The position numbers and the translations under genes were made by a program. A stretch of 64,000 nucleotides of DNA from Amoebophrya sp. A120 (lineage: Eukaryota; Protista; Dinoflagellata), in the NCBI GenBank assembly GCA_905178155.1, contig CAJINV010000018.1, forward strand, positions 1,096,609-1,160,608, given 5' to 3'. This document shows positions 11,996 through 26,400 of this stretch, piece after piece. The notes beneath the pieces are model-generated. The model was not told the DNA's origin. It was given only the letters and a program-made list of their open reading frames with translations, and ran no database searches. Every line of letters begins with the position of its first letter. Within the stretch, counting starts at the first letter, position 1.

Positions 11996-12963
11996 TTTGG
12001 CGCCAATCTTCCCGACGCAGTATGAATGGACAAAGCACGAAAGCGTCCCATGAGAATAACACTTTTTGAAACGCAAAAAAGTGACTTGAAAAGCGCAAGA
12101 GCCGAATCCTGTCACGACGATGGCTCTTCTTTGTCACGATGAATGAACCAGCCGCCCCCCGGCGGAGGCCGCCGGGGAGGGAGCGGCTGTTCGGGTGAGG
12201 CGTTCCGGCAGGGAGGGTGGAGCCAAGCGCTGCGCGCCGCTACGCAAACAAATAAAAGGGCCCGGCGGGTGGGGCCGCGCGGCTCTGACGCCTTTAGCCC
12301 AGAAGGCGCAGTGCGCGCGCGTAGGGATGCCGCCGCGGCCAGCGTTCTTTGTCTCTGAAAAAAGCAGAGCCCGGGGGCGGAGTTTGTTGGCTTTTTTTGG
12401 AGCGCGAGCATGCGCGCCACATCATTCAATCAGAACGCCAAAGAGCGGCATTATTTCTGCCTAGATGCGCACCCTGAGAATGCGAAGAGCCTGCGAAAAG
12501 TATGGGTGTCCTTCGGTGTGAACCGACCGAGAGATGCCCGAAGGCCCAAAATTTTCAAGAGTCCGAAGGCTAGTCTGCCCACGAAAAGTAGCGAACTTGG
12601 ACAAACAGCGAGGCTTGCACGTGCATGCGAGGGCTCGCGAGCTATGCGCCGAGAGAAAACGCTCACGAAACCTCTCGCACTAATTTAGCCACAACAGCTT
12701 TCACGGCACTACAAATGCGCCGCATCTGTTGCCCGCGCGCGCTGGGGCGTTAAATGAAGTGCGGCCACCCGTGGCGGCCGCCCACGCTAAGGAGCGGCGC
12801 CGCGCCCCCTCGGGGGGGACGCTGAGCGGCGCTGTCACTCAATGTCCAAATTCTATTTTTTTTTCATCATGGCAAGATTCGGCTTTTGCCTTTTTAAAGT
12901 CCGTTCTTTCCGTTTCAAGAAAAGTCAGTATCTTTTTGGCGAACTTTAGTACTTTGTCCAATC

Positions 12964-13447
12964 ATACGAGGCAGCTCATTGGGTCTATACACACAACTGT
13001 TGTATTAAAGGTGCGCCCATGATACGGGATATAGGAATAGGAGGTCCTCCCTTCTTCATCTTCTGCGTCGCCTTGCAGGAATGCAACCGGTTCTCCCAGG
13101 CCATTGAAGGACTGCATCTTCTTGCTGGTGGGCATTTTACCTGCAGACGGTGGTCAGAAAAAATCTATCTGAAAAAAAAAAAATAGAAACAGCAGTGAAC
13201 TTCGTGGCTCAAGCAAAATTGTAAGCATAAGCATCCGCTACCAAAACAAAAGCTATACAATACCTGCCCGGTCCTCCATCATCTTGGAGGTGCGCGGGGA
13301 ATGGACGATGCCAACCGCCCCCCCCCCCTTCGCGACCGACTTCTCCGCCATCTTCTGGCCGTTGACGTTGTCCTCTTCCCCGGCCTGCTTCAAAGCGGCG
13401 GCGGCAACCTGCGCCCCGGCGAGCAAGGTGGTAGTCTTTTTCGGCAT
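12964..13447 (-). CDS. Small putatively secreted protein, two exons, 3' end uncertain
   Basis: MPKKTTTLLAGAQVAAAA N-terminus; GT-AG intron ~13142-13263 continues as KMPTSKKMQSFNGLGEPVAFLQGDAEDEE. Confidence 0.4.
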
Positions 13448-14454
13448 GATTTGGGTCTTGGTCTTCCGGGAAGTCCGTGTGTGGATCTTCGGAATTTACT
13501 TGGGAAATCGCTGAAAACGCGGAAAAGCTAGAAGAAACGTTGTGGAAATTCCTGAGACTTCTACCGGTAGAAGTGTGCAGTTTTATAGTTGTTTCCCTGC
13601 GGTTTTTTTCGCAAAAAATGTTCCTGAAAGAGATATTGTAGTTGTAGGTATATCGTATATATCTTCATCGTCGGTCTTGTATCTATCAATCTAAGTGAGT
13701 AAATAGCAACTTCGAACTTTGTAACGTGTGGCACGATTTTTTCTGACGACGCGAGCGATCACGACTGGGTAGAACGAGGTCGGTCACGAAAACGAGTGGC
13801 CTTTCCACGATCACGAACGTATGTAATAAATGAGCAAGGGCTAGCGGAATTATTCGACACGAGCCGTACGCAGATAAGGACGATTTTGATTTTGAATTTT
13901 CACACCCCTGCGGTAGAAGAGCACAGTCTGAAACTGCAAATCCTTCTTCCTACAAAAAATTTACGGAAAGTTTCTTTTGGCTTTCTCTAGACGAGTGGAG
14001 GGCGAAGAGCGACTAGACACCCACGAAGAACTTCTGGGGCAACGATATTACCATTTGTGTTTCAACAACCGGCACTTCCGCTGTCCTTTCTATTTCTCTT
14101 CGCGCGAGAACGATTGCACCTGCACGCATTTGTTCTGCTTAACGACAGTTTTCCTCGGGCACCGTCTATGTACTCTATGACTTGCGACTTCGGGTCGCTG
14201 TACAAAGTAGTACTCCGCAGAGCAGAAACACCATTCTGGTGCAGCGCTTTTCACTTTTTCGCTGAGGAAAACTCACCGATCGCTCCTGACCTTGAACAGC
14301 CACTGGTGCATGGTTCGAGTATCACTGCTACAAGAGCCGGCTTATCTTTATTCGTGAAAAACCATGCTGCTTTGGATTATGGTTATGCTGTGGCTTGGCT
14401 CTACTGACTGACCAGACTGACTTGTTCCACTTGACAAAGACAAGCTAACAGTCT

Positions 14455-17400
14455 TCATGCTCCTTCCAACTTCTGCAGACACTCCGTCACGAACACTTCC
14501 CAAATCTCCAAGGAGAAAAGCTCCATACGTTCCTTCGTTGTGAATCGATCAAAGAGTCGAGCGGCTAGGAGGGAGCAGGTGTTTTCTAAGCGGTTCCGGT
14601 CCTGATCATCCTCGTGGCCGTGATCATCTGCAGGCTCTGCAGTGCTGTCGCCCAGATCTTGATCCAAACAGAACCCTGCTGCGCCAGCTGTACTATCAAA
14701 AGAAACCCCCGCTGCCTCGAACTTGTTACGGAGAATTTCGATTTCCACCTTCTTCGCCGCGAGGCGCAATTTTAGCTGTTTCCTTGCTCCTTCAAGATGC
14801 GTGGTGGAGGTTGAGTGCAGCTGCAGCGACGTTTCTGATATAATTATACTCGCAGGATCTTTTGCATCCACGACTACTTCCGCCTTCTTCCCTTCCGGAG
14901 TAGCAGAAGTAGTCCTAGCATCGAGAGTGTTCGTTTTCTCGTCCCCGTTAGTTTCTTCCGCTACTACCAAGAAATTATCCGTACCCACTTCTACTGTCTG
15001 CTTTTCCCTCGGCCTCGGCGAGACTGCGTCTACTGCGGCGTTGACTTTGGGCTTCGTCCTGTTCCAAATAAAACCCCCAAAGAACTTATCCTCCATTTCC
15101 CTCACGGCGTTGCACGGGGCGCGCTCCTGCTCCCGCAGCCAAATTCGCTCGAAAAAATACCTCGGAAAAAGCTGCGACTGCAGCAAATGTTTCAACCGTT
15201 CCAAGAAATTAACCTGCAGATCATTGACCAACTCTGTGCAGTTGTTTTGCGTCAGAAGAAGATTGTCGAAGTAGGTTTCGAAATTGAATCTTCCGTTGCC
15301 CGTACGCATTTTCTGCACACCAAAATCTTCCTTGCCACTAGTTACAGTGTGGTGCTGGCAGATGGTACCACCACCACCAGCTGCACGACCGTTTTGATGG
15401 TTTTCTCGCTCCGGATCGTCTTTCCTGTAATTCCGACCCCAGTTTTCACTGACGAAAAATTCCCCTCTCACGTTCTCCACCAGATGTGCGTAGTCGCGCC
15501 ATTTGTGCACTATCTTCTGCCGCATCGCGTCCAGTGCGTCAGCAAGGAGCAGAAGTTTGTCTTCCCACTTTTCCAGACGAGCTTCCCATCGCTCGAGGAG
15601 GAGAAAATTCAAATCATTTGTACCCCTGCCATTAATTCGTAGCTCCCCTTGTAGTCCCGCACGCGTCGCGCCCCCACTCGTCTCCGTGGTTTTCTCAGAG
15701 AGAAGAGGTTGGGTAGTTTTTGTAGTTCTTCTAGCATCACAAACATCAGCGAAGTCTTCACTTTTCTCTTGCTGTTGGTGCTCTCGTCCGGCAGCACAGT
15801 CGCCAAACATCTTTCCCAAAATGTTGATCTCTTTCCGAACGTAAGCCAGCGCTTGCCTTCGCAAAGCGGCGATAGTGCAAGGCGAGTTGAAGTTCTGCGA
15901 ACAGACTGCCGTAGTACTTGCTGGTGGACCACCTTCAAGTTTCATATTCACAGAAGATCCGCCGTGATCTTTTATTCCTCCTGTCGCAAGATCAAGATTC
16001 TGCTCTGCGGAAAAGTCCCGCTCCCAGTCTGGTAAGACAAAGGCCCTCACCCGCTCGGCAAAGGAAAAGCAGATCCTTTCTATCTCGGCTATTTCCCCCG
16101 CTAAAATCGCGAAAGGGCGAAGCGAAGCAGATCTGGTGTCGCTCGTGCGACTCGGCGTGGGCACGGCAAAAGTATGTCCTGCAAAAGGTCCTCGTCCGGC
16201 TGACCCCCCGGAGCCAGCGCTAATCGCATCCGCACTGCCATTATCAAATGCAAAAGTGTCTGGGTCTGGAAGATTAGAACTTGTCATGCTAAATCTAAAT
16301 GATGCAAAAATCTGTGTTGCGTGAGTGCCAAAAGCTGTCTGCTTTTGACCAAGTTGAGAGGAAGTTTCCCATGCAGGAAAGGCATGATAGAGACCTCAAA
16401 GAATCTGTCATGTTGGGTCTCGCATTCCAGACCTCATGGGTCATGGAAAACCTGCATCACAAATCTTGCATTCTTCCAGACCCAGACATTTTTACATTTG
16501 ATAGCCATCCACTTCCACCTCCACGCTGGTGCCACTGCCTTCTGGATATGGAAGCGTCAGGATTGAAATCGTCAAAGTCGAAAAAATTTGTGATGCATAA
16601 AATGCAACCCACAAAGTGTCTGCATTGCAGAGTTGGCAAGGGAGGCAGATTGTAAGCCTGTTGAGGGGTAGAAGTCGAGCTGCTAAAGTAGCATGACAAA
16701 AGGCGTCTTCCTTACCCGAACAGCATTACAAACTGGATTCAGGCACCACCAAAATTTGTCATGCGCCACTTAGAAACTGGGTTCCAACTGGCATCCATTT
16801 TATGCATGACAAATCATCTCAACTTTGTCGATTTCGATCCTGACAGTTCCATACTGGAAAGCTGTAGGGTAGTGCTGTCTCCTCGGACCTTATCGGCACG
16901 ACTCTGCAGCTCCGCAGCGCACCTCCGGGGCCGTACTGGAAAATGTCGTGCACAAACACCTCTTCTGTCTCGCTCGTGTTGCGGCTGTTCTTGTCGTTTT
17001 GGTTGTCCCTTTCCATTTTTCCCTCATCCTCATCTACTTCCCACTGCACCAAGACTTTACTACGGTTATGGTTTTGCGACAACAGCAGCAGCTCTCGTGG
17101 AGGGGACGAGGAACTAAACGCGCCAGTGCCGTCTGGTATGACTCCGTCAATACTCCTGTTTGGCTCCACCCCCGCCGTGTGCTGATCAACTACATTTATT
17201 TGCCGCGGATCATAATGAAGATTCGCTCGGATTTCTGGCCGTGCAATGATCCGTCCAGGCTTGTAGCAGTACTGCTTCACTTTCGCTTTCGCGGCAGCCG
17301 CCGTGGTTTGGTTTTCATCTCCGGTGGTCTCTTCGTGACTTCTAATTTTCGCAGCAGCAGTCGTCGTGCTGGCGGCAACGTGCAGTATTTTCCGTCGGAC

Positions 17401-20400
17401 AAACACCAACTCCCCCGGCAACACGTTCATGTACAGAAGCTCCCTCCGCTCGTTGATCTGTTTACCATGATTTTTCAATACAGCGACCTTCTTGCCATCC
17501 TTTTCCCGCGCCGCGAGTTGTGCAGCGCCAGCAGCCGGCGACCGTGTAGTCTCCTGTTGAACAGCCCCATCCTTCTGGAAATAAGGACGGAGAACTTTAT
17601 TCTGATCTTCGCTTCGCAAGTGATCCTCTTGAGCAGCAGCAGCAGCAGTGCTGCTGGAGCATGTTCTTGAACTGACAAAGCTACTGTCCTCCAACAAGGC
17701 GCCGTGAGCGGCCTCACCATAATTCGACGTCATGTAGTCGAAGATCGCGTTGCGCAAATTGGCTGCGTTCCGCAGCTTCGAAGCCGCTTTTTTCTCCAGG
17801 CGATACTTCTCCCCCGGGGTCAGCGGCTCCAGAAACACCTCGTCCGTCTTTGTGGTTTGTCCTGTAGTCGCGGCGCACGTGGTTGGTCCGTTCGCATTTG
17901 TCTTACTTGAGGTGCAGGATATCGAACAAGAATCCCCGCTTACAGCACCGCTCTGTGAAGAGGAAAAGGTCGAGGACTCCTCCTGGGTGGAGGAAAGATC
18001 TCCAACATCCCTCGCTTCTTCAACCATCCGTATTGTCGTTGATTTTCGGAGGGTAACGTACCCAATCTTGAGATCGTGCTCACACCCTGCTTGCACCAAC
18101 ACGCGGGAAGACGTTATGATCTTTTCCTGCTTCACCTTCTTTGCAGTTCCCTTCCCGACCCGCGCGCCTTCGGGGTCGCCCGCGCCGGCGCCGTTTGGTA
18201 TTCCGATTGTTCCACCTTCAGGAACTACTGCTGGTACACTACTTTCTTCCGTCGCCTCAGCTACGACCTCGCGGCTGCGGAGCAGAAACTCCCCCGATAA
18301 AGCCGTGACAATGTCGCCTTCTTGCAAAAATGCTATGTTTTCTTGCTCCTGGTAGAAGAAGGCTGCGCCCGGCTGCTGCTCGCCGTCTTTTTGCAGGGAA
18401 AGGTGTTTCGTGAGACGAATCGAGTCTATTTTAATCTTACCGGTCGTGAGTTGTGGAATCAATAAACCACTGTCCTCGTTTTCTTTCGATGAATGAACAA
18501 CCCGGTACACTTCAGAGATGCGCGTGACAGAATGCAGGAAGAGCTGGTGTGTTTTATGATGCACTTGATTTCTCTCGTCTCCTTTTCCTTTCATTCCAGC
18601 CGACGCATCATTGTCCTTCTCGCGCACCACGCCGCCGCGGCCCAGTAGCAAATCTGTCTCACAGACGCACTCGAAGCAAAAGGAGCCGGTGAGTGGTTCT
18701 ACTTTCCGCGACCAGCTGGAAGGACTGGTTTGAGTTACACTTCCATCGTCCTTGTTATTTTCTGCAAAATAGATCGGCTTCGTCATAACAACGCACGTTC
18801 CCGGAGCCAGCTGCACTTCTTCTGCCGTACAATCACTCGCACGACATTCTTTATCCGGAAGGTCTGCTATCGTCAGAAACCTAAACAGGGCCATAATCTC
18901 CTCCTTTTCCAAAAATCCGGGGGTTCGACTCCGCGAGAAAATTTTCGTCGACAGAAAATTCTCAAATTCTTCAAGCCTCGCCTCTTTGTCGAGGACGAGT
19001 TGTGGCCTTATTCTCCTACTTCGGTAGTAGAAGTTCTTCGGGGCTGGTCGTCGTGCAGCCGTTGTTGATGGCGTCGTTGTCGTGGATTTTTTCATATTCC
19101 CGTTTTCAGCCTGGTCGTGAGGCTCAATCTGGAGTGGTGCTGTTACAACTGCACTTTCAACATGATGATCCTCGCTATCAAATGCAAATATGTCTGGGTC
19201 TGGAAGAGTCGGGACTTGTCATGCACATTTTGCATGACCCATCAAGTCTGTGATGCTGGTGCTAGCATCACAGATTTTTTGAGAAAAGATTCTTGATGCT
19301 TAATTATTAATTACGCATGGCAAATGCCCTCTCCGCGTGCCAAGACCTGACTCCTCTTACTGCTCACGCAACACAGATATCTTTGGAATCCGAATCCGCA
19401 GACAGCATTACAAGTTCCACTCTTCCAGACCCAGACACTTTTGCAATCCATACTCGTACTGCTCAAACAACAAGTGCTTCAGGTGCGACAGCGACATCGT
19501 GTGGGCACAGGCGGTATGCATTGCAAATGTCCCTCGATCATGTCTGGAAACTTGTGATGCTGGTTGGAGAAAGACGAGCACACCGCAATTGGCTGCCAAG
19601 CATGACAAGTTTTGCAGATGCTGCAGCGTTGTCTATTCTGCATGACAAACTGGGCTTCTGCCTTTTGAGTAACGCGCACGACAAACTTGAGAACCATGCT
19701 AGCAGAGCATGACAAACCCTGCATGTTTCCAGACCCAGACATTCTTGCATTTCATAGGCGGCTTCCACCGTTTCGTACACCTTGAGCAGGCAGGACGCGA
19801 CCTGGAGCTGCAGTCTCGTCTCCTTGGCTATCAAAAGGAAAAATGCCCCCTCCCCATATCGAAAACGTATCCGTCTGAAAATTTGTGATGCGCATTTGTG
19901 ACCTCAAATCCTGTCTGTCTTGCAAGAAGACAAGTCCAGAAAGCGTTCCGCATTTTTCAGGCGGTTTGTGATGCTGTTTGGCTCAGAGCATACACGTTTG
20001 TCATGCTAGGCGCCTACGTCAAACCTCTCGGCTGAGGCTTGCCATATGCGTGCATTCCTCTACTGCAAGACAAACCTGATCTGTGTATGGAAATCCAGCA
20101 TCAGAAACTTCGTTTCGATATGGGGAGGGGGCATTTTTCCTCATGATATTGGCTACCTCCTTCTGGTACTCGGCAACGATGTCAAAAGCGTCGCGGTCAA
20201 CGAGATCTACTTCGCGCACCCATTCGGGCGGTTGTGATGGACCAAGAACTCGTGGTCTTTTTGGCACTTCTTCTAGAGAAGCGCTGCCCTTCTGCTTTGG
20301 TTCTTCCGGCACTATAGTTTCGTCCTCCGAGTCCGCCTCTAGCATGGCTTCAACCAGTTCGGAAGACGGAGCAGAGAGGCCTTCTTGAGGACTGAATTTC

Positions 20401-23400
20401 TCTCGTCCACCCCGCACGACATGCTCTGAGGAAGATACTTGAGAGAGTATCTGTTGTTGACCTGCAGCTTTCTGTTGATTACTATACTGACCACAATGTA
20501 GGTTTTCGCCGTAGCAAGGACTTAAACTTTCCCCTGGGTGCAGGCCAACCAAATAGTCCGCCAGAAACGGGAACAGGGCCTCTGCGGTCCAGGCCCAGGT
20601 AGTTGCAGGAGAACAACTATTACATCCTGCACCATTTATCTCGTCGGGGGAAACAAGCGAAGCAGTCGTGGAGGCTGTTGTTCTACCTTCTTGTTCGGGT
20701 AAGAGATCCTTCCTTCGCTTCACACCATCTCGAAACCGGTACACGATCCCCATGCGCTTACTTTCGTACACCTTCAACAGCCTTATCGCCTTGTCGCGCT
20801 TCTGTGATAACAAAACGGAGGAGGAAGAAGAAGAGCTCACTTTCATCTGCTCCGGATGATGAAAAAGTTCTTGATCATGCGGTCTGCTAGTGCTATTCCA
20901 CCACGACCACGACGACGACCCACGATTCCTTTCCTGTTGCAGCTCCAGCTTCTGCAGGCAGTCGAACAAGTGCTTGCGGCACTGGCGCTGAAAAAGCTCG
21001 GATCCCGGATTTTGCTCCAAGGACCACACGTGCCAGAAGCAGGATTCCAGTACGTTTTTCATCGCGATCAGCTCTCTTCTCTCGAAACCAGAAAGACCAA
21101 CTGTGGCTTTTGCGACGTTAAAACATTTTTGGCTTCCTTCATGACCGTTGTACTGATTCCTGCGGTAGTTGTTCGCGGTTTTACTGCTTCTCCGCGGATT
21201 ATTTTCTGACCCTGGTACGCAAGTGGCGCGGTGCTGATGGTGGTGGTACAATTGATTTTTCGGGTAGTCGGCGGCGGAGGAGGAAGCAACTAAAGAAATT
21301 CTGTTTACCGTTGATGTTCTACTTGTTCCAGGCCAAAAATTCTGAATAGAATGTTCGTGAGCCCTCGTCATCTCGTGGTCCTGCTCCCACGATATACTAG
21401 AAGGTGGCACACAAGTAGAACCTCCTCGTTCTGGCTCTAATACTTGTGTGCTGCAGCTCGCCCTGCCCTGTTGAGGTCCTAGAAGTTGTCCCGCTGCTGC
21501 CGTCGAGTGCCGCAGAGGAAAAAAGCCCTCTCGTACTCGTCGGCAGGATGATCTTCTGGGCATGAAACAACTTTCCATCACTGGCCCGGTCGTGTTGCGC
21601 TTGTTGCGCAACCTCGCAGCCCGAATGATCTGGTGCGGCTGCGGCGGGGGAGGGGGAGCCAATTTCTCATGACGACGATCCTGTTCATCGCAACGCTTTT
21701 CGTCCTCGCGCAGACTCACTAAAGCCTTAGCAACAACCGCATCTTCTTCGGGATAATTTGCAGATGTTGTTGATGTGGCAGCTTGTTCACCACTGATGTT
21801 TCTGGTCGTGCAGCACGTGGTCTTGTTCTGCATTTCCAAAGGATCTGGTAATATTTTCGAAACCGCACTACTACTAGCCGTGGCCGTCCCCACGACCTCG
21901 CTTTTGTTCCCATTTAACAGTTCCTCCAGAAAATTCGGGGACAGCGCACCGTACTCTTCGGTCCCCTGCTTCTCTACCCGGAAAGCGTCTTTGCACGTCG
22001 CCTGCCCGAAAAAAGAATTGTTTTGTTTGCTATTTTTCGAAGTCGGCAGTGTCTATCAACTGCAAAAATGTCTGGGTCTGGAAGAATGCATGTTTGTCGT
22101 GCTTGTCTGGCATGACTCTTAAATCTGTCATGCACGTTACCCAAGAGCTCCATTTTTCTGTGATGCAGGAACGCAGTTTGTCATGCAGAATAGGTAACAC
22201 GAACACCTAGAAGCTCAGAAACTTGTCATGCTGAGCCAGCATTTGTGGCCTCATCATGAGACGCCACCCAGCATCACAAGTTTCCAGACCCAGACATTTT
22301 TACATTTGATAGTGTCGTCCCGGGAGCAAAAGACGCTGGTCTCCGGCGGTCTGTTATCGCAAGAAAAGACTGTTTCACTGTGGACTTGTGATGCATAGAA
22401 TGGAACACAGAACTATTTGTCTTGCTACACCTGCAAGGCATTGGATTTTTAAGCGTGTTCTCCCTTGGAAAGCGCGCATGGCAAATTTTCTGTGTCATGT
22501 GTAGAAAACTTGTGATGCGGATCTTGCAAAACCATCACAGTGAAACAGTTTTTTCGTGGGATATCTGTTCCTGCACGTCCAAAGCCAGAAATTGCACCAC
22601 CGCCGGCGCCGCCACCGCCGCGCGGATTGGTGATTACCATTGAAAACCTTTTCGACCGGTTGCCCATTCTGCCAAGTTCGTACCAAGCAGAGTGTCGATT
22701 ATCGTCTTCGTGTACGAGGAGATTTTCGTTGCACATTGTTCCGGCGGGTGCGGGTCGTGCAGCTGCTACAAAAAACTCCTTCTTCTCATCTCTCTCTCCC
22801 CGAAACGAAAAGCTGGAGTCCGTAGGAAGATGAAAAGGTTTTCCTTGTACTAGCGACGCGCGACTGCAGGAGGAGTTGTAGTTGCGAATGGCTTCCTCAA
22901 TGCTACCCGTCTCCTCCTCTTGTAGATCCCCCGGTTTTTTTCCCTGCTCGTCGTGGTCGTCCCCGTCTTTATCGCAAGGAAATATCCCCCCTCCCCATAT
23001 TGAAGCGATATCTCTGATGCTGGATTTGCGTACACAAATCAGATTCGTGCTGCTGGAGAGGACTGCAGGCCCCTATCGAGCCTGAGGCGAGAGGTCTTTG
23101 CCTAGGCGCTTAGCATGAAAAACGTCCGCGCTGTAGGCCCAACAGCATGACAAACCGCCTGCATAATACGGCGGAGTCTGTGGAGTTTGGTTCTTGCAAG
23201 ACAGATGCGATTTGTGGTCACAAATCAGCAACACAAATTTTCGAAAACGTATCTTGTCAATATGGGGAGGGGGGATTTTTCCTTACGATAGTCTTTCTTC
23301 TTGGGAAAAATCGAGATCGGAATTCCGGCGGAGGGCCGGGGCCGGAACGGCGCTGGTCGTGGAAGGTCGTTTTTTTTAGGTGACCTTGCACCTCCTTCTT

Positions 23401-26400
23401 GCTCAAGGTCGGCTCTATTCGCACGAGCGGCTACTTCCCGGTCTCTCCTACCAGCAGCTGCGTGGTGGTCCACCTCTGTCGGTTTATTTCTGTCTGTGCT
23501 GTCCTCTGCTGTTGAGAAAGGTGTTGTAGGAGGCACGACGTCCTGTGGTCTTGCAACCGATGTTGATATTGATGCTTTCAACAACCGATCGGACCGGTGT
23601 ATTTGAGAGCAGGCCAACCCATCTCCATCATCTTGCTGAGCATGATGCGTCCGCAGTGAAGAAAAAACCTGCTCCGGTTGTTCAGGAGCCACGATAGAAG
23701 CGCGGGGGCCCTGCTCCCTGTTCCGGCCCGACCCCACATGAAGATGGTTCCAGGTCATTGCACGCTTGCGGGCCTTTGCGACAGGTGGGAAATGTGCTGG
23801 GGGTATGAATGGGATTTTTGGGTTCTGGCGCGAAGAGGAGGAAGAGGATCCGCCACCCCCTCCGCTCGACGGCGGAAAAAAGAATCGGGGCGGTGCTACA
23901 TTCGACGTGACACGCGGTGTGGCCATGCCTGCGATACCGGGAGCCGAAGACGCAGCAGAAGCAGGAGCTGCGTACGGGTTGATCACTTGCGCAAGCCAAA
24001 CTTGCGAGGGACGTGATGAACTGTGACCGGTTGCTGATGTCTCGCCGCTTGTGCCGTCGTTCTGAATCTTCTCTCTTGATGTGCGGGAGCTGCTCGTCGC
24101 AGGAGCAGAAGCAGCAGCTGCTTGGGCACCTATTTCCGTCTCGACGTTCGTTGGGATCTGCATCTTTGCAGCTCCCCCAGCATCGTCCTTGTAGTTTCCC
24201 TTCTCACAAAACGAAGCTACGCCCGCGTCCGTCTCCGTATGTACGAGGACTTGACCTGATGCAACTCCCGGCGTTCTCATCTCGCCTGCACGTGATAGTA
24301 GACCACCAGTGGAGCTCGTCTCTTCTGGAATCATAGTGCCCGCCCCTGCAGCAGCAGGTCGTTGTCCCTGCACGAATGTGGCTACCTTGGACGTTCCTGT
24401 GTTAGTATTCTGATCAGCTGCAAAAGTAGAAAACTGACTGTGTTGACCCTTGGCCGCCAGTGTGGCTTCAACTTCATGTGCAGTATCCTCCTCCTCGGAA
24501 ACGTCTTTCTTCCTGCGTTTGGTGGCACTAGATGCTGGAAGGCTTGTTTCCGCGAGGCTGTGGTGACCAAGATTTATTTCGCTCTCCTCGGTTAAAATCC
24601 TCTCGCCTTTCCGTTTGGACGATGAGGTACTGGATGGACATAAAGCACTTTTCTCTTTGTCTCTCGGAAAACCACGGAGGGGAAACCCATAAACACCAAG
24701 ATAGACACGCACCGTGATGGGCTCTAGGACAAAAATCCCGCAAGAGATGTATCGCAGCGAAAGCGCCGGTCCGCCACCCCCGCAAAATAGAGAAAGGATA
24801 CCTCCGGGGAACAGGGAGCACTCGACCCCAGCGACGTGGCAAGACAAGCCTAGAAGCCAATCTCAATATTTGAAAAAGAGGGTCCTGCAATGTCCAGAGG
24901 AAAAACCCCCTCCCCTCCCGGGAACGCCCGCCGGCACAGGCGGAGAACACTGATGGCGATGCGCAAACTAGCACAAGACCGTGGACCGGGATTTCGGCAA
25001 GCGGCGAGAGAGTGGGCAATAACACTCGAAAGCCGAACGCAGTAGGCACTCCCCGCGCGAACCTTCCGAACGATCACTGCCCGGCGGCACGGAACAAAAC
25101 CGGTAGTAATCCCGAAGCACAGAGATGCCGAAGACACAAGGAGAGCGGGACAGGGCGAGTAAACATTCCAGCAGGGCGCAATAAGGTCGGGCTCTAAATA
25201 AAGTCACAGGCGGACCATCTGACAGCGATTGACCCAGGCTAGCTATACGAGGGGCGCGGCCAGGTGCCGGGCGAACAGCTGCGCAAGAGCTACGCAAAAA
25301 TGCAGAGGCAGAAAACCACCTCGGAGCAGGAAGAACGCTCCACATCTGTATCGGAAATAAAGCAAAGCGAGTCACGGGGGAATACTCCCTCCAGTCACTC
25401 CTCGAAAATGATCTACCGGGGTGGATGTGTCGTTAAAATCCTCTCGCCTTTCCGTTTGGACGATGAGGTACTGGATGGACATAAAGCACTTTTCTCAACA
25501 TCTGCATTTCCCCCGCAGGCACCGCCCACACGTTGACGACCCTGAAGATTACCTCCAAGTTTCTCGGACACGACTGCGCCGTGGTCTACTTTCATCCCGG
25601 TGGCGTTCGCGACGCCACTAGTACTCATTGTACCGGAATAAAAGTCTTCATTTTCAATAGAAACAGATTGTAAAATCGGGTCTCCTTTGTCCTCGCTGAG
25701 ATCATCAGCATCCTCCTCCTCCCGTAACGGCGACCCGCCGAACCACACCAGCCCCGCGAGCGCATCAGTGTCGATGATTCCATGGGAGGATGAAAAGTCC
25801 TTGAGCGTCGCGACCTTCGGCTCGACGTTGATAGCGTCGGCGCCGCGGCGGGGGTCATTGTCGTTCTTCGATAAGGGAGGAGCAGGCGTACACATAGTAC
25901 TTGAAGCCGCATGATGTTCTTGGGTGGTCTCTTTGCTATTTTGCCGGTGATCTTCGCTCGTCTCATCTGTACAACAACTGGAGGTGGCACCTGTGGCTTT
26001 CTCCTTCTCCTCCTTCTCTTCAAGATCACGATCACAGTCAGCTCCGGCTCCGTTCGCAACAGCAGCAGGAGCTGTCCCGTAATAGCTGTTGATCCGGTCC
26101 GTGATACTTCTACCTCGAAAGGCCGTGCGGTCGGGGCCGCATAGTCGTTCTTTGTTCACGTGGTCCTTCAGAACCGCTGAAGACCGTCTGCCCGTCCGGC
26201 TCTTCCGTGCGACAAAAATCTTTTCTCGTGGCCGTCGCGGGCGTCGGTAACAGTTATGCAACATTTTTTGATCACGAGCATGACGCTGGTCGCGATGAGA
26301 CGAGCGTCGTTCGTCATCTCCAGGCAAAAATCGAAGGGACTCCTCCCCCTGGAGGTCATCTTCTTGGTCTTCTGCATCATTTGGTGCTGACGTGCCATAA

